A program made the position numbers and the translations under genes. 64,000 nucleotides of DNA from Corallochytrium limacisporum Hawaii (Eukaryota > Protista > Pluriformea): positions 10,156 through 74,155 of the forward strand of contig PDIP01000110.1 of assembly GCA_002811645.1 (NCBI GenBank). Reading direction: 5' to 3'. Below the pieces are notes generated by a model. It was given only the letters and a program-made list of their open reading frames with translations. It had not been told where the DNA came from and did not search any database. This document shows positions 1-11,779 of the stretch, one piece after another. The number at the start of each line of letters is the position of its first letter. Position 1 is the stretch's first letter.

Positions 1-2378
1 AAAAAAAGAGTGTGACTGACCATTGTTTTCCTACGAAAAATTCGTTTTAGAAAGGAAGGGGGCAAGGATAGTGCAAGCGTTCCCCTTTCCGGCCCTCCCC
101 CGGGGGGGGGGGGTTGGTGGGTTAAGCAAGATCGATTCACAGGGAGAGATGTGAGGCTTCGCTTTCATTGCTTGCCATATTCGGAAGCTGCCTCTTTTCA
201 GTACTGAATGTACCACGGATGACTCATGGTTGGAAAAAAAGGGGGGAGGGGGAACAGGAGCAGAGAGAGATAAAAGGGCCCGGAAGAGAAGAGAACGGAG
301 GAGCCAGGAAGAGACGGGGGGTTAAAAATTTACGAAGCGTTGCAGCAATGATACAGCAGACAACACTCGCTCTGACCTCCCCAACCTCCTCTCTCTCTCA
401 CTCTCTCTCTCTCTCTCCTCGCGCGCTGTCGCTTTTTTCGTGAGATTTCTATAGTAAGCGTACAGGTTTCTATAGTAAATGTACCTTATTGACGGGGAGA
501 TGGAAAACTAACTGTTGGGGATCTGTTCCCTGTACCCCAGTACACGACCACTGCCGCACTTCATTGGCCAAAGGAAAAGGTAAAAAAAAATATCTCCGGG
601 GATCACTTTTCCGTCCGAGCCAGTATCGGCCGGCAATGAAAAGATGACCAAAAAGAAAATTGACAGAGCGAGGGAAGAAAAGGGAAAAAGAGTGGGGAAA
701 GAAACCCCCCGAGGGGGGAGGGGGAGGGGGGGGGGTTCAAGAAGCGGAAGGTCTGCCGGTCCGAATGGTAGGGCAACCGAGAGTGTGAGGGAGAACACCC
801 TGACTTTCTTGGATCAGTGTACCGGATTGTCCAACCACATACTAGAAGAGGAAGTATGGCAACATATGGCTTCGTCTGATCGTGTGCGTGTGTGTGTGTA
901 TGTGCGTGTGTGTGTGTTCGTGTTTGTTCTTATAGGCATCAAGATGTGACGTAAAGCCAATGGAGACATGAAGCTTTTTGTGAAGATTGCAACCGTCGGA
1001 CTATCTTCCGCTCTTTACCCCTTCCATGTCCGACTCTGTGCAGTAGGGATCGGGGTTGTCGCATGGTATCTGCCGAGACCCACCACTGGCCCTTGGAGTT
1101 TTCAGGGCGTCCCAACAGGTTCATCCCCCAACTTGGCAAGAGCACCTGGAGTATACAAACTGTGAGCATCTTCAGGACACGACATGGACAACAAAGTGCT
1201 TCCGCAGGCTATATGGCTAGTCCCTGTCTCTCTTGTCCATGCCAGATGCGCTCTCCCCCCCCCCCCTTCACTCTCTCTTTTCCCGTCGTATTGAGAGCAA
1301 CCTCCTCTATATATTTGCTATACAATCTTGGTTCCGTCCGGGCCGTTCACTGATGCTGTCTCGGAAAATCGTCAGCCTGATTCACTCCGATACGGGCAGA
1401 GGCGCATCCTATGCCATGTACTATCGGATCTTTATACTAAATGTACTACTTTGTGAGCCAACGGATTAGGGAGTGCTCCCGACGGGTTTTACCCACTCCG
1501 CCCCTTCCTCCCCCTTCGAAAGGGACTTGCCGGCCCGAAATGCCGCGGCGATTGGAGAGGGGAAATTTCCGCTGTTGTACCTAATTTTTTTTTTCCTTTT
1601 TTTTTTCGTTCTCTTGCTTATTCTTCGAAGGTCATTCAATGACCTGTCAGCCAATGATGAATAATCTGCCTCGGCTCACAAACTTGCTACATATATATCT
1701 CTCTCTGTGTCACACACACACACACACACTCTCTCTCTCTCTCTCTCTCTCTCGCGCTTCCGGCACTTTTTTGACCAAGGTTTCATCGGCCATTTCACTT
1801 TTTGCCCTCTCTCGGCCTTGCTGCTCAGTCGTGCGCGTGTAAACAAAATTTAGACCGCCAATCAAACGCGTGATGACCCCTTTGGGGGCGGGGACAGGAG
1901 CTGCATGCGCCGTTGGCTCGGCATGCCAGTATACATTAAGTACTAACATACGCGGCCCATGAATCACCAAGACACACAATCAGAAAGAAATCCAAAGCCT
2001 TCTGTTGTTGTTTCATTTAGAAAAATTCTCTCCCTTTGTGCTACCTCTTCCATCGGAAGCTGGCACTGTTGTGTTCATAAAAGTACACGTCCGCTGCTTT
2101 TCTTTTGCGCAAGCATCCGCTTTCTTTTTGCTGCTGCTGCACACATGGCTTGGCTCTCTGCGCGTATAAAACCCGCTCGCATGGGCGGCGCGTTTGGCAG
2201 GTGGTACCGTAGATAAATAGAAGAGAAACAGAGACACAGACAGACAGAGAGAGAGAGAGAGAGAGAGAGGGGAGAAGAGCACCACGGCAGAAAAGGCCAA
2301 TGAAACGATTCAAAAAGAAAATAAGAAAAAAATAAAAGACCAGAGCGAGCAGTGAGAGGCGTTTACGAGAGTTGGGGG

Positions 2379-2639
2379 NNNNNNNNNNNNNNNNNNNNNN
2401 NNNNNNNNNNNNNNNNNNNNNNNNNNNNNNNNNNNNNNNNNNNNNNNNNNNNNNNNNNNNNNNNNNNNNNNNNNNNNNNNNNNNNNNNNNNNNNNNNNNN
2501 NNNNNNNNNNNNNNNNNNNNNNNNNNNNNNNNNNNNNNNNNNNNNNNNNNNNNNNNNNNNNNNNNNNNNNNNNNNNNNNNNNNNNNNNNNNNNNNNNNNN
2601 NNNNNNNNNNNNNNNNNNNNNNNNNNNNNNNNNNNNNNN
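2379..2639. other. Assembly gap (N run)
   Basis: Run of n, directly preceded by a G run. Confidence 0.99.
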
Positions 2640-4652
2640 GGGTTACGGGGTTTGAAGGGTGAGGCACCGTGGACAAGCCGTCCGAAGGGGAGGTTGACAA
2701 GGGGAGAAAGGGGGCGGGGGGGTTTAGGTACCGAGACACCGGAGATCCTCACACTTCCGGCGCTTCTAAGTCGCCTTCCTTGCGTCCCCTGGTTGAGCAC
2801 CAATTTTTTTTCTTTTCTTGTTCCCTCGAATCATTCTGACGTGCGACAATGTTGGGTCTTTCTTTGGAGATGAGTACCGTATTTGTATAGGGGTCGTCTG
2901 ATTGCTTGCTCCTGAAGGCATTTGCTCGCCTGGCTCATCATTCACGATCATCTCCATGATCGCGGGATTTTTGGACATGCCCAAGCCCAGAAGCCGGAAA
3001 GACCGCGGGAGGAAAGGAAGGAAGGAAGCAAGGGAAGCATGATGGTTACGATGGACACAATATGGATGGTGCCTGCTCCCACCATCCACGAGAGAGCAAG
3101 AGGCTATCAACCCTCCGACGGTGGTGTACGTAGGTCCCGTCTATTAGACACTCGCGATTCTGACATCGTTTCTGCTTGATGATACGGGTGATGAAGACAA
3201 TGATGATGTATGATGCAGTGATGGCGGATCACCGCATCCGCAGTCATAGGTTGTTGCTTCTTTTGGGCCCTATAGACGATCCCTACCGACATCTGCCATG
3301 TGCGGATGGATGGTCCTTCTGCATGCCCTGTGTTTGAGAGTGTGATCTTGGGCACCGGTAGCCAATCCGTTTAGATTGCTTCCGCTTGCAGTCCCTTCCG
3401 AGTGCGGTTAATGGGTGTGTTCTCGTGTGGTCTTCGCATGGACGTCGGGTGTGCGCACCAAAAGTGCGCAAATATTTTCTGCCCAGAGGTCCGAAAGAAA
3501 AGTAATGCACATGCTAACGACGAACAAGGGACACGAAAGGTACACTGGCGAACCTGGCGATGACAGATGGAGCATGACTTCCAGAGACATATACACAGAG
3601 AGCGACATGGAGCGAGAGCAAAACGATAGCCAGGGGTTCAAGAGAAACTGAGCGAGTTCAGTTTGCGAACGGTAGGCAAAACTCAGACCGGGACCAGCGC
3701 AGGAAAAGGGAGGGGCTTGAGGCCCAGGGCTTGGGGGAGTTGTGGTTGAAGGGAGGGAGGGGGCCGGCCAGCCTCTTTTCACTTTTGCGGAACAAAAAAA
3801 AAAGCCACACTCCAAGGAAAGGAGGGGGGTGCTGTGCTTCGGCCCCTGGCCCCCCCCCCCCGGGGAAGAGAGAGGAAGAGGGAGCGCAGCAGGGAAAAAA
3901 ACCGAGGGAAGGGAATGTGGGGGGGGGGGAACTCGGGTGGTTCGACGGGGGGGCAGCTGAACCAAGGACGAAAGCGAAAAAAAAAACCCCAAAGCCTAAC
4001 CTGAGCAAGGGAGATAAACAAAGGGGAAGGGAGGAGAAGGGGGGGATTGGGCAAATCAGGGCATTGCCATAGTGGAAGAACTGTATCTCGCACGCCAGTG
4101 TATGTGTCCGGTCGCCTCTCTTGGAGCAAAGCAAGGAAGGCAGGAAGGGGGAACCCCCCCCCCCGGGGGGGGCCTTTAAGTTTCTTTCCACTCCGTGCGT
4201 TGGACCACTTGCTGTTGCCACCGTTCGGGCTCAATGCAGCAGACTTAGCGCGGCGGAGGGTTGCGCACCAGAGATAGCGAGCAGTGAAGGGAAGGCGAGC
4301 GAGCGAGAGAGAGAGAACGAGAGAGGAGGGGGGAGGGACGGCAAGGGCACGGATGGCAGAGATATCGTTGGAACTCTCGGTAGGATGGTTCCTGCTGCAG
4401 TCTTAGGCAAAGGGCCCGCACAGCCAGCGTGATGGATGCCGTACTTTCGATCATGATATAGGATGATCGGTGGATAGCCAGGATGGACTGAGGAGGAACC
4501 TTTGAGACAGATGATAGCTAAACTGTGACTGGATGGAATCGATGGATGGAAAATGGATGGAAATGTATTCTCATTTGTCTTCTCAGTTCAAGTGCAATTG
4601 TGTGTTTCGAAAATGGTACAGTGGTGTTTCTGTGTTTGTTGGGGGGTTGCTT

Positions 4653-5997
4653 TCACGCAGACTCACTGGCCTTAGCGTTAAGCTGGTCGAGAGTTAGCTT
4701 CGGGAGCAAGGACTTTGTCCCGGTTGCTGCGCCAACCGGCGGGTTGTTCTTCATGAAGCGAATGTATATGTCCGCTTCCTCGAGGGCCTCATCGTAGCCC
4801 TTGAAGCGTTTTGGCTTCTTGCGCATGTCGAAATCGTCCCATGGGGTAGTCTGTGAGGTGGCAACGGAATTGTGCTCGTAGGTGCCAAAGAATATGACAT
4901 CCACGGTACCCTTGTCCTCGCCGATCACCCGAGCTGGCCAAGCAGGGTAGCCTCGCACCTTGGCAAAGACGACTCGGTAGTACTGGCGACAAGCATTGCA
5001 GAGCCAGTCATCCTCAGGAATGTCAGCGAGGCCGATACAGTCAAGGTGGAAGCAAGACGGGCAGACGGAGCACTGAATCAGTTCGCCACCTTCGCCACAG
5101 ACGCGACATGTCTCTTCCACAACCTTCGCAGATTCCTTGTTACAGTCGTCACAGACAAATTTTTTGTCGTCCTGCGTGAGCTTGTGGCCCTTACATGACC
5201 GGTGATAGGCTTTGCTACATCTCGTGCATTTTTCGACGTGGCCGTCCTTCTGCTGGCAGTACTGGCACTTCGGCTTCACGACTAGGCGCAGGGACTGCTT
5301 GGGAGCCTTGGCGTCCGGCTTCAGGTACGTGTTCTCGAGAGTCCACAAGTGGATAAAGACAGCCGACAGAGTCTCCGCAGCCTCCAAAGTTGCCGACCAG
5401 TCCACACTGACGTCCTTCCAAATGTCCTGGAAGGCGGAGGGATCAACAGCATTGGCAAGAACCTGCAGGGAAGAACGAAATGCCGCCACCGTAGTGAACT
5501 GTTCCACCTGATTTTGCCATGCATCAAGAGAAGACCCGAACATAGACTCATTCAGCAAACGGCGCGATCGGTAGCGGTTGGCCAGATCATTGATGCCGAC
5601 GCTCAGTTTCTGGGCGGCATACCCATTCTGGGCCACAGCATCGTTGCCGTTCAGGTCATTTGCGACCTTGGTGACAAGCTTGCCAGGTCCGTCCTTCTTC
5701 TCAACTTCAGCCAACTCAATGCCATCACCAATGGACTCTCGGTAGAGCTGCAAGTTCCGTTTCAAAGCCTTCTCTCGCGAGCCCTCATCCATGAGCACGG
5801 CAATCAGAGCGTCGATGGCCTCCGTAGTGTTCAAGTGGCTCCAATCATGGTGTACACTACGTGCCTTCTTGTGAGCCTCAATGGCAGCTGACAGGTTGTC
5901 CTTACCCAGAGCAAAGAACTTGCCGCGGTCCTTTAGGTCCTCGTCTTCTTCTTCCTCTTCTTCCTCTTCTTCTTCCTCTTCTTCTTCCTCTTCTTCT

Positions 5998-6038
<41 letters not shown>

Positions 6039-9000
6039 TTCTTCCTCTTCTTCTTCCTCCTCCTCTTCGTCTTCTTCATCGTCCTCTTCCTCATCGTCGC
6101 CAGATCCCGCCGACTTTTCGCTTTTGGATTTGACGCTCTTCTGCTTCTCAGAGTCAACATCCATGGCAGTGTCAGTTACCACCTCATCCTCCTTCTTTAC
6201 TTCGGTGTTCTCAGGGGTCTTGGCCGTCGCAACGGGCACGGTCTCCTCTTCCTTCTTGGTAACGTCAGGCATTCCGGCAGACTCTTGGACAGGAGCCACA
6301 TTTTCCTTCTCGTCAGAAGGTTTATCGGTATCCATGGCATCCTCTGTCTTTTCAGGTTGACATGCAGCGTCCGCTTCGGCTTCGATTTCCTCTTGCTCGG
6401 GCTCTTGGGCCCGCTTCAGGTCATCTTCGAAGGCAGCCTTGTCCTCATCGTAGTGTTGGAGAGCAAGTTCGTAGACTTTGAGGGCATCTTCAGAGCTCTT
6501 CTGCACCACAACGCCCGGGACTGACTCAAAAGCATAGTACCTGTTGCAGTAGCGATCCATTCCCAGATAGGAACCAGCCGCCAAGGGAAGATCTTTGAAG
6601 GCCTGCTTGCCGAATTCCAGAATCTCATTTTCTAAGGAATTGATCATGGCCTGGTCCTGGGCAGCTTCACTCATTCCATCCATGAACGCATCGGAGGTGT
6701 TCAAGTCAGCAGTTTCAGGTTCGGGCTCCTTGCTGCTCTCGTTCTTTCCCTCCTTGGCCCTGCGAAGATCCGCAGCCACACGAATGTCGATGATGCGACC
6801 GTTGAGCTTGGCAATTTCCTTCAGACTGTCCTCCCATCGGTCCATGGCATCGGAGACATCCATAGAGAGCTCCTTGGAGTTCAGAAGTTCGTCAATGAGC
6901 ATCTGAACGATAGAGGTGCGTTCTTCAATGGACAGATCCCACACGTTGGCTTTGCTCAAGTTGCTCACCACAGTACCGTAGATTTCTCCCACGTCATAGG
7001 TTTCTTGAAGCAGAGCGGAGTAGAACTTCAGAATTTCACTCATAGTCATGTCATCAATTGGCAGCTGTGCCCACCACATGGTACCAGCATCCCTCACCAG
7101 CAGAGGCCTCATCAACAAATTCACAGTGTAAGCGAAGAGTGCGACGCTGAGCACGTTCTGGCCTTCCAGCATGGTCACAATTTCTGAAGGAATGAAATTC
7201 AGTGCGTTTTTGGGGATCTTCGGACCTCCCTTAATGCCGGTAGCGGAGTACATGGATTGCACATGGTCACCCAAGAGGGTAAAGAACTCTGAGAGTTGCA
7301 GTGCGTCTCCCACATTGGCATTTTCCAACGGGTTGAAAACATCGATAGCATCCATCTTCGGAAACTTCTTCACCTCGGCCGGAATGATCAACAAATCTTC
7401 CGTGCCACGGTCTGCACGCTCACGCTCTTTCTCTTCCTTCAGCTTCTGCTTGATGGCGCGTTGCTTCTCACGCTGCTTTTGCTTGGCAAGTTTCTCTTGT
7501 TCCTTCTTCTTCTGTTTCTCTTCCCGTGCCCTTGCTCTGGCTGCTGCAATCTTTTCCTTGCGTTCTTTGATAGCAGCCAGACGGGCCTGTCTGGCCTCCA
7601 ACTTCTTTTGCCTCTTCTCCTCCTTGGCTTTGCGCTTGGCTTCCAGGATTAGGCGCTTTCGCTCTAGGCGATTCTTCTGCGCCGCCATTTTTTCTTCCAT
7701 CTTCTTCTTCCGTTCCTCCTCACGGGCCATCATCTTGGCCAGCTTGACTGCCTCCGCCTCCTCGGCCTTTGCCTCCTTCTGGGCACGGATCTCTTCGAGG
7801 CGCTTCTTGAACATCTCCCGCTCCAGCTTCTCCTGTTCGGTCAGCTCGCGATCGGGCAGAGCTGGCAATTTAGCAGAAGCGCTCTTGGGTTTTGGACCAG
7901 GTTTAGCACGCTCTCCTTCCTTCTTCTCGCTCTTGGGCTTCGGAGTGGCTCTCGCAGCTCCCAGTGCCTCTTCTAGAGCATTGGCCTCTTCGACGACCTG
8001 ATGGTCAGTGAGGAAAGAACGGTCAAACCCGCCTTTGAATTCTTCAGGAAGACTTTCGTGTGGTTTCTTTTCCATTCTCTTATGACGTTCCAGCTTGTCC
8101 GCATCAGGCATGTGCTGCATGGTCCAAAGTACGTCCGGGTTGCTCAATCCGAACGCTTCCGGACCGCTGATGGCGGCCGACGACCGCGTACTGCGCTTCG
8201 CATTGCAGGCCTTAAGAATGGAAGACCACGGCGCCGTGGCCGACGTCGCCGTTTCAGTCGCCTCGGGAGCTGTCTCGCAGCTCACAGTGAAAATAGGCAG
8301 TCCTCCACCGTTGGGGTCCACTGAAATACGGCTAATGTATCGCGCTCGCTTGTTCTCTGGATCATTGTAGTCGAAGAACATGCGACTCGTGATGTAGCCA
8401 TCGGGGTAGATATACCGATCCGTGTGATGTAGATTTTTGTCTGTGACAACTCTTCCAAAAGAGTGATAGGTGATGCCTTTGCTCTTGAAAGGGAATTTGA
8501 TATTTCCGTTCTCGTCCATAGGGATCCTAGGTCCCGACGAGGCGGTCCGCCTTGTGCGGGTGGTTGCCGGTGACTTTTTCTTCGAGTCCGTCTCACCGCC
8601 CGCTGCTTCTGCTGCTATTTTGGCAACTTCTGGTGCCTTGGCAGAAGCAGAAGTCGCCACAGAAGCGCGCCGGCTTCCATCGTCATCGTCAAACAAGTCG
8701 GCGACAGCCTCTTGTTTAGCACTGGCGACTTTCTTTGATTCTGCCTTCGCCTTGATGGCCCCCAGCATGTCATCGTCGCTGTCATCAAAGGCATCCTTCA
8801 CTGTCTTGGAAGCAGAAGCAGCGACAGGAGCAGATGAAGTCGCGGTTACCGCAGCAGGTGGTGGAGCTGCCACGGGAGCTGTTGCAGGTTGGCTGGGAGC
8901 GCTCTGCTTCCGTTTCTTCGGCCTTGGCCACTCATCGTCACTATCACTTAAAAAACCAGCGTTCTGTGTCTGTTGTGGTGTTGTTTCAACGGAAGTCTGT

Positions 9001-9272
9001 AAACTTGTGGCTGCAACAGGCGCCTGTTGCGGTGCATATCCATGTTGCTGCTGTTGTTGTTGGTAGTACGGATCATGCTGAGGCGGTGGTGCCTGTCCTG
9101 GAGGGGGTGGTTGCTGCCCGTACATGTTAGGATCATAATACTGTCCCGGCGGCGGTGGTGGCGGCAAGGGATTCCCGTACGCGTCGTATCCATATGGTGC
9201 GTTGGGATCGTACCCGTAACCATATTGCCCTTGGTGGTAGGCGTCACCCGGTGGTGGTCCGTGGTAACTCAT
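4653..9272 (-). CDS. BAZ/ACF1-like ISWI-accessory chromatin protein (QPGY-rich N-term, FYRN-FYRC, coiled coil, DDT, WHIM/WSD, poly-Glu, 2x PHD, PWWP)
   Basis: 1539-aa intronless ORF. FYR motifs 'SFGRVV..HTDRYIYPDGY' and 'ISGPEAFGLSNPDV'; DDT 'VGDALQLSEFFTLLG'; WSD 'LGMDRYCNRYY' and 'EGSREKALKRNL'; PHD 'CRVCGEGGELIQCSVCPSCFHLDC..DWLCNAC'; PWWP 'VFAKVRGYPAWPARV..VIFFGT'. Confidence 0.88.
5941..6095 (-). repeat. Coding (GAA/GAG)n repeat encoding a ~50-residue Glu/Asp tract
   Basis: tcttcc/tcttcttcc tandem units within the 4653-9272 ORF. Confidence 0.95.
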
Positions 9273-10588
9273 GATCTAGAACTGTTTAAAATGGGATCTA
9301 TACAATAGTTCTTTTGGTCGACATTATATAACTATTTTAACTACTTTGTATAACTGATGTAGTACCCGAACTGGTAGTAAACACTAAAGTTCTTCAGCGT
9401 CGTTCAATATTTTTAAAGTTTTCATACTTTTGAACCATGAATACCACTCACATCATTTCATCCGGTAACTTTGATCCGGATTTCCAGATCTGTATCACTC
9501 TCTATATTGGTGTTGCCTGCCGTTCCTTCTGGCCCGGTGCCAAGAACGTTCCAGATCCTGCCCGTGGTCTCACACGGAGCAAAGCTTTCTCCAACACTGC
9601 TTACATCCCAAAAAAAAAAAAGCCGCCCAAAAAAATTATTGGAATCCGCGAAGCCTGCGGGAACTTGGCTATGGCAGGAACCCCCCTCCCTTCCTTCACC
9701 ACCTCCATCCCTCCCCCGTGGGGCGCATATGACCTCTGCCAGCCCGACAACTTTTTTGCTTGGTTTGTGCTTGATCCATACATTCAGTACTGATCTACCG
9801 AATTGGAATTCATTTTCTCACTATCGACCGGAGAGTAGGAGTAGGCCGCTGCGATGTTCAATTGATTCCAGGAAATGGTAGGTTTCTGCCGTCTGGCAGG
9901 CATTTTGTGCGCGAATGTGCGCCCCGGAGAAGCGAAGGATGGAAGAAGAGTGCTCCAGGTGGTGCCATGGATGAGGCAAGCAAAGAAGTTGTATAAGCCG
10001 TGGTTGATGCGCCATCACAAGAACACCGTAGAGGATGCTTGCAGTGGATGTCTGCAATGCTTGGAATTCAATGGCCGTGGCCGATATGTCACATGGGTCT
10101 GGCACGGGCACGAAAACAAAGATAGAGTTTAGCGCGCACACCACCGTGACCCATTCCAGCGAGGGAAGGCTCGAAAGTCCGAAAGCTGCGGTCAGCCGAG
10201 AATTCAGCAGAAAAAGCACACAAAGCAACAACAACCCTTCATTTCTGGTCCCCGACGTGAATCCCATACATTCACTATACATTGACAAGAAAATTTCAGA
10301 AGAGGAGCCAACAAGAATTTTGGTCCTTGTTGGCAGGGGTCAGCGCCCCCTCAGCAGAGGACACAAACTGGGCTGGGCTCCACACTTCCGGGGAGGGGAA
10401 AGTAGCGCGAAAAGAATTGGAGAGAGTCAAATGGGCACCCCACCTAGCCTGTGAAAATCAATAATCTGTAAATATACAAATACTGCAGGACTAGAAATAC
10501 TGAATCAATCAAAAGCAGCAGATTATCTGAATATATTCAGAAGATTTAATGATAGCTATTGTACGCATGAAGGTGAACTGAAGGGCAG

Positions 10589-11275
10589 TCAAGCATTCCC
10601 CAGTGCCTGTCGAAGCTGACGACGTCGCTTATTCCGCCGTGAGACAATCTCTGCAGGCAGCTTACGTTCTTTGATGGTCGTGGAGATATCGGCTCCGGTA
10701 TCTTTTGAACCCTTGGTGCTCTGATTCAGTGCCTCCGAGTACTTCCAGAAGTAGCCCACCGTGGGCGTGAACCGGGAAGCCGCGGCTGTGTCCTTCATTG
10801 CGCTACGCAGAAAGTGAAGGCTGTTCAGCAAGCGACTTTTTACGATAATGTCTAGCGTTGGCGCCAAGAATATGGACCCATCAACACAGTAGTAATACGC
10901 CAACGTTGAGATCTTCTCTGGGCTGGACCGAAAGCGTTTCTCAATAACAAACACCACGGGTGGAACCTTACTGGGTTCCGTTCCCGGTTTGGGCGGTGGC
11001 GACATGTATACTAGCTCATATTCTGTTCCCTTGTATTGTCTTCTAGCCTGAGGATCCTGCATTGCCTGTGCTGCTAATTCATTGGTACATTGCCGGTCGT
11101 AGAACGGACTCAGCGAAAAGTATTCCAGAATATTATGAGGATGCAGGCCTCCACGGGCCTGAATAAACCCTTTGTCATAGAAGTTAAACCGCAAATGAGA
11201 GTTAACACCTTGGTACTGGTTCTTTTGTTCCTCAATAGCCTTTTCCTTTTCGGCTTGAAGTGTGTCGTCAGCCAT
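10589..11275 (-). CDS. MED6: Mediator complex subunit 6
   Basis: 'NILEYFSLSPFYDRQCTNE', 'GTEYEL', 'FVIEKRFR', 'LAYYYCVDGSIFLAPTL..IVKSRL' match the Med6 family pattern. Confidence 0.95.
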   Translation of the reverse strand: MADDTLQAEKEKAIEEQKNQYQGVNSHLRFNFYDKGFIQARGGLHPHNILEYFSLSPFYDRQCTNELAAQAMQDPQARRQYKGTEYELVYMSPPPKPGTEPSKVPPVVFVIEKRFRSSPEKISTLAYYYCVDGSIFLAPTLDIIVKSRLLNSLHFLRSAMKDTAAASRFTPTVGYFWKYSEALNQSTKGSKDTGADISTTIKERKLPAEIVSRRNKRRRQLRQALGNA

Positions 11276-11779
11276 TGTTATTAGCTTTCTAATTTTGCCT
11301 GTGTTTTGTACTGATCATTCACATGGTTCTCAATAATCTCGTCATAAATCCACAAATATTCACTTTAAATTGTCTCGAACGTTACTAAAAAATGAAAACT
11401 ACAAAACTCTCATGGGTCCAAAGAAAATTACACCCCCAAAATACCCCATGCGAGCAACATGAGTACGCCAAACAAGTAATTTTCCTTTCCATTGGCCCAG
11501 CACAGTGCGAAGGCACCAGCGCTTCTCTTTCCCCGCTTCTACCGGTGTGTTGTTCTCAGGGACAACGTTTGGGAAGCCCGAGCCAGGTTAGCACTGGGCG
11601 GGAGTTGGGGGGGGGGGAAGGTGTCCGGATGTGAAACTGGGGGCCGAATTTAGGTGTACGCGGTATATTCACCAGAGACCGGGCGGAGGAGTACGTAACT
11701 ATATACTTAATTCTTTCAAATACTTTCTCTCCAGGATTATCTAACACTGTGTAGTCAACGAGTTGTCAGTCATAATATA

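Noticed and set aside
5881-8001. Plus-strand ORFs 5881-6360 (poly-Ser) and 7171-8001
   Set aside because: Antisense shadows of Glu/Lys-rich coding sequence
10035-10075. hAT transposase motif suggested by 'DVCNAWNS'
   Set aside because: Lacks the TRW core and other catalytic motifs; no terminal inverted repeats seen
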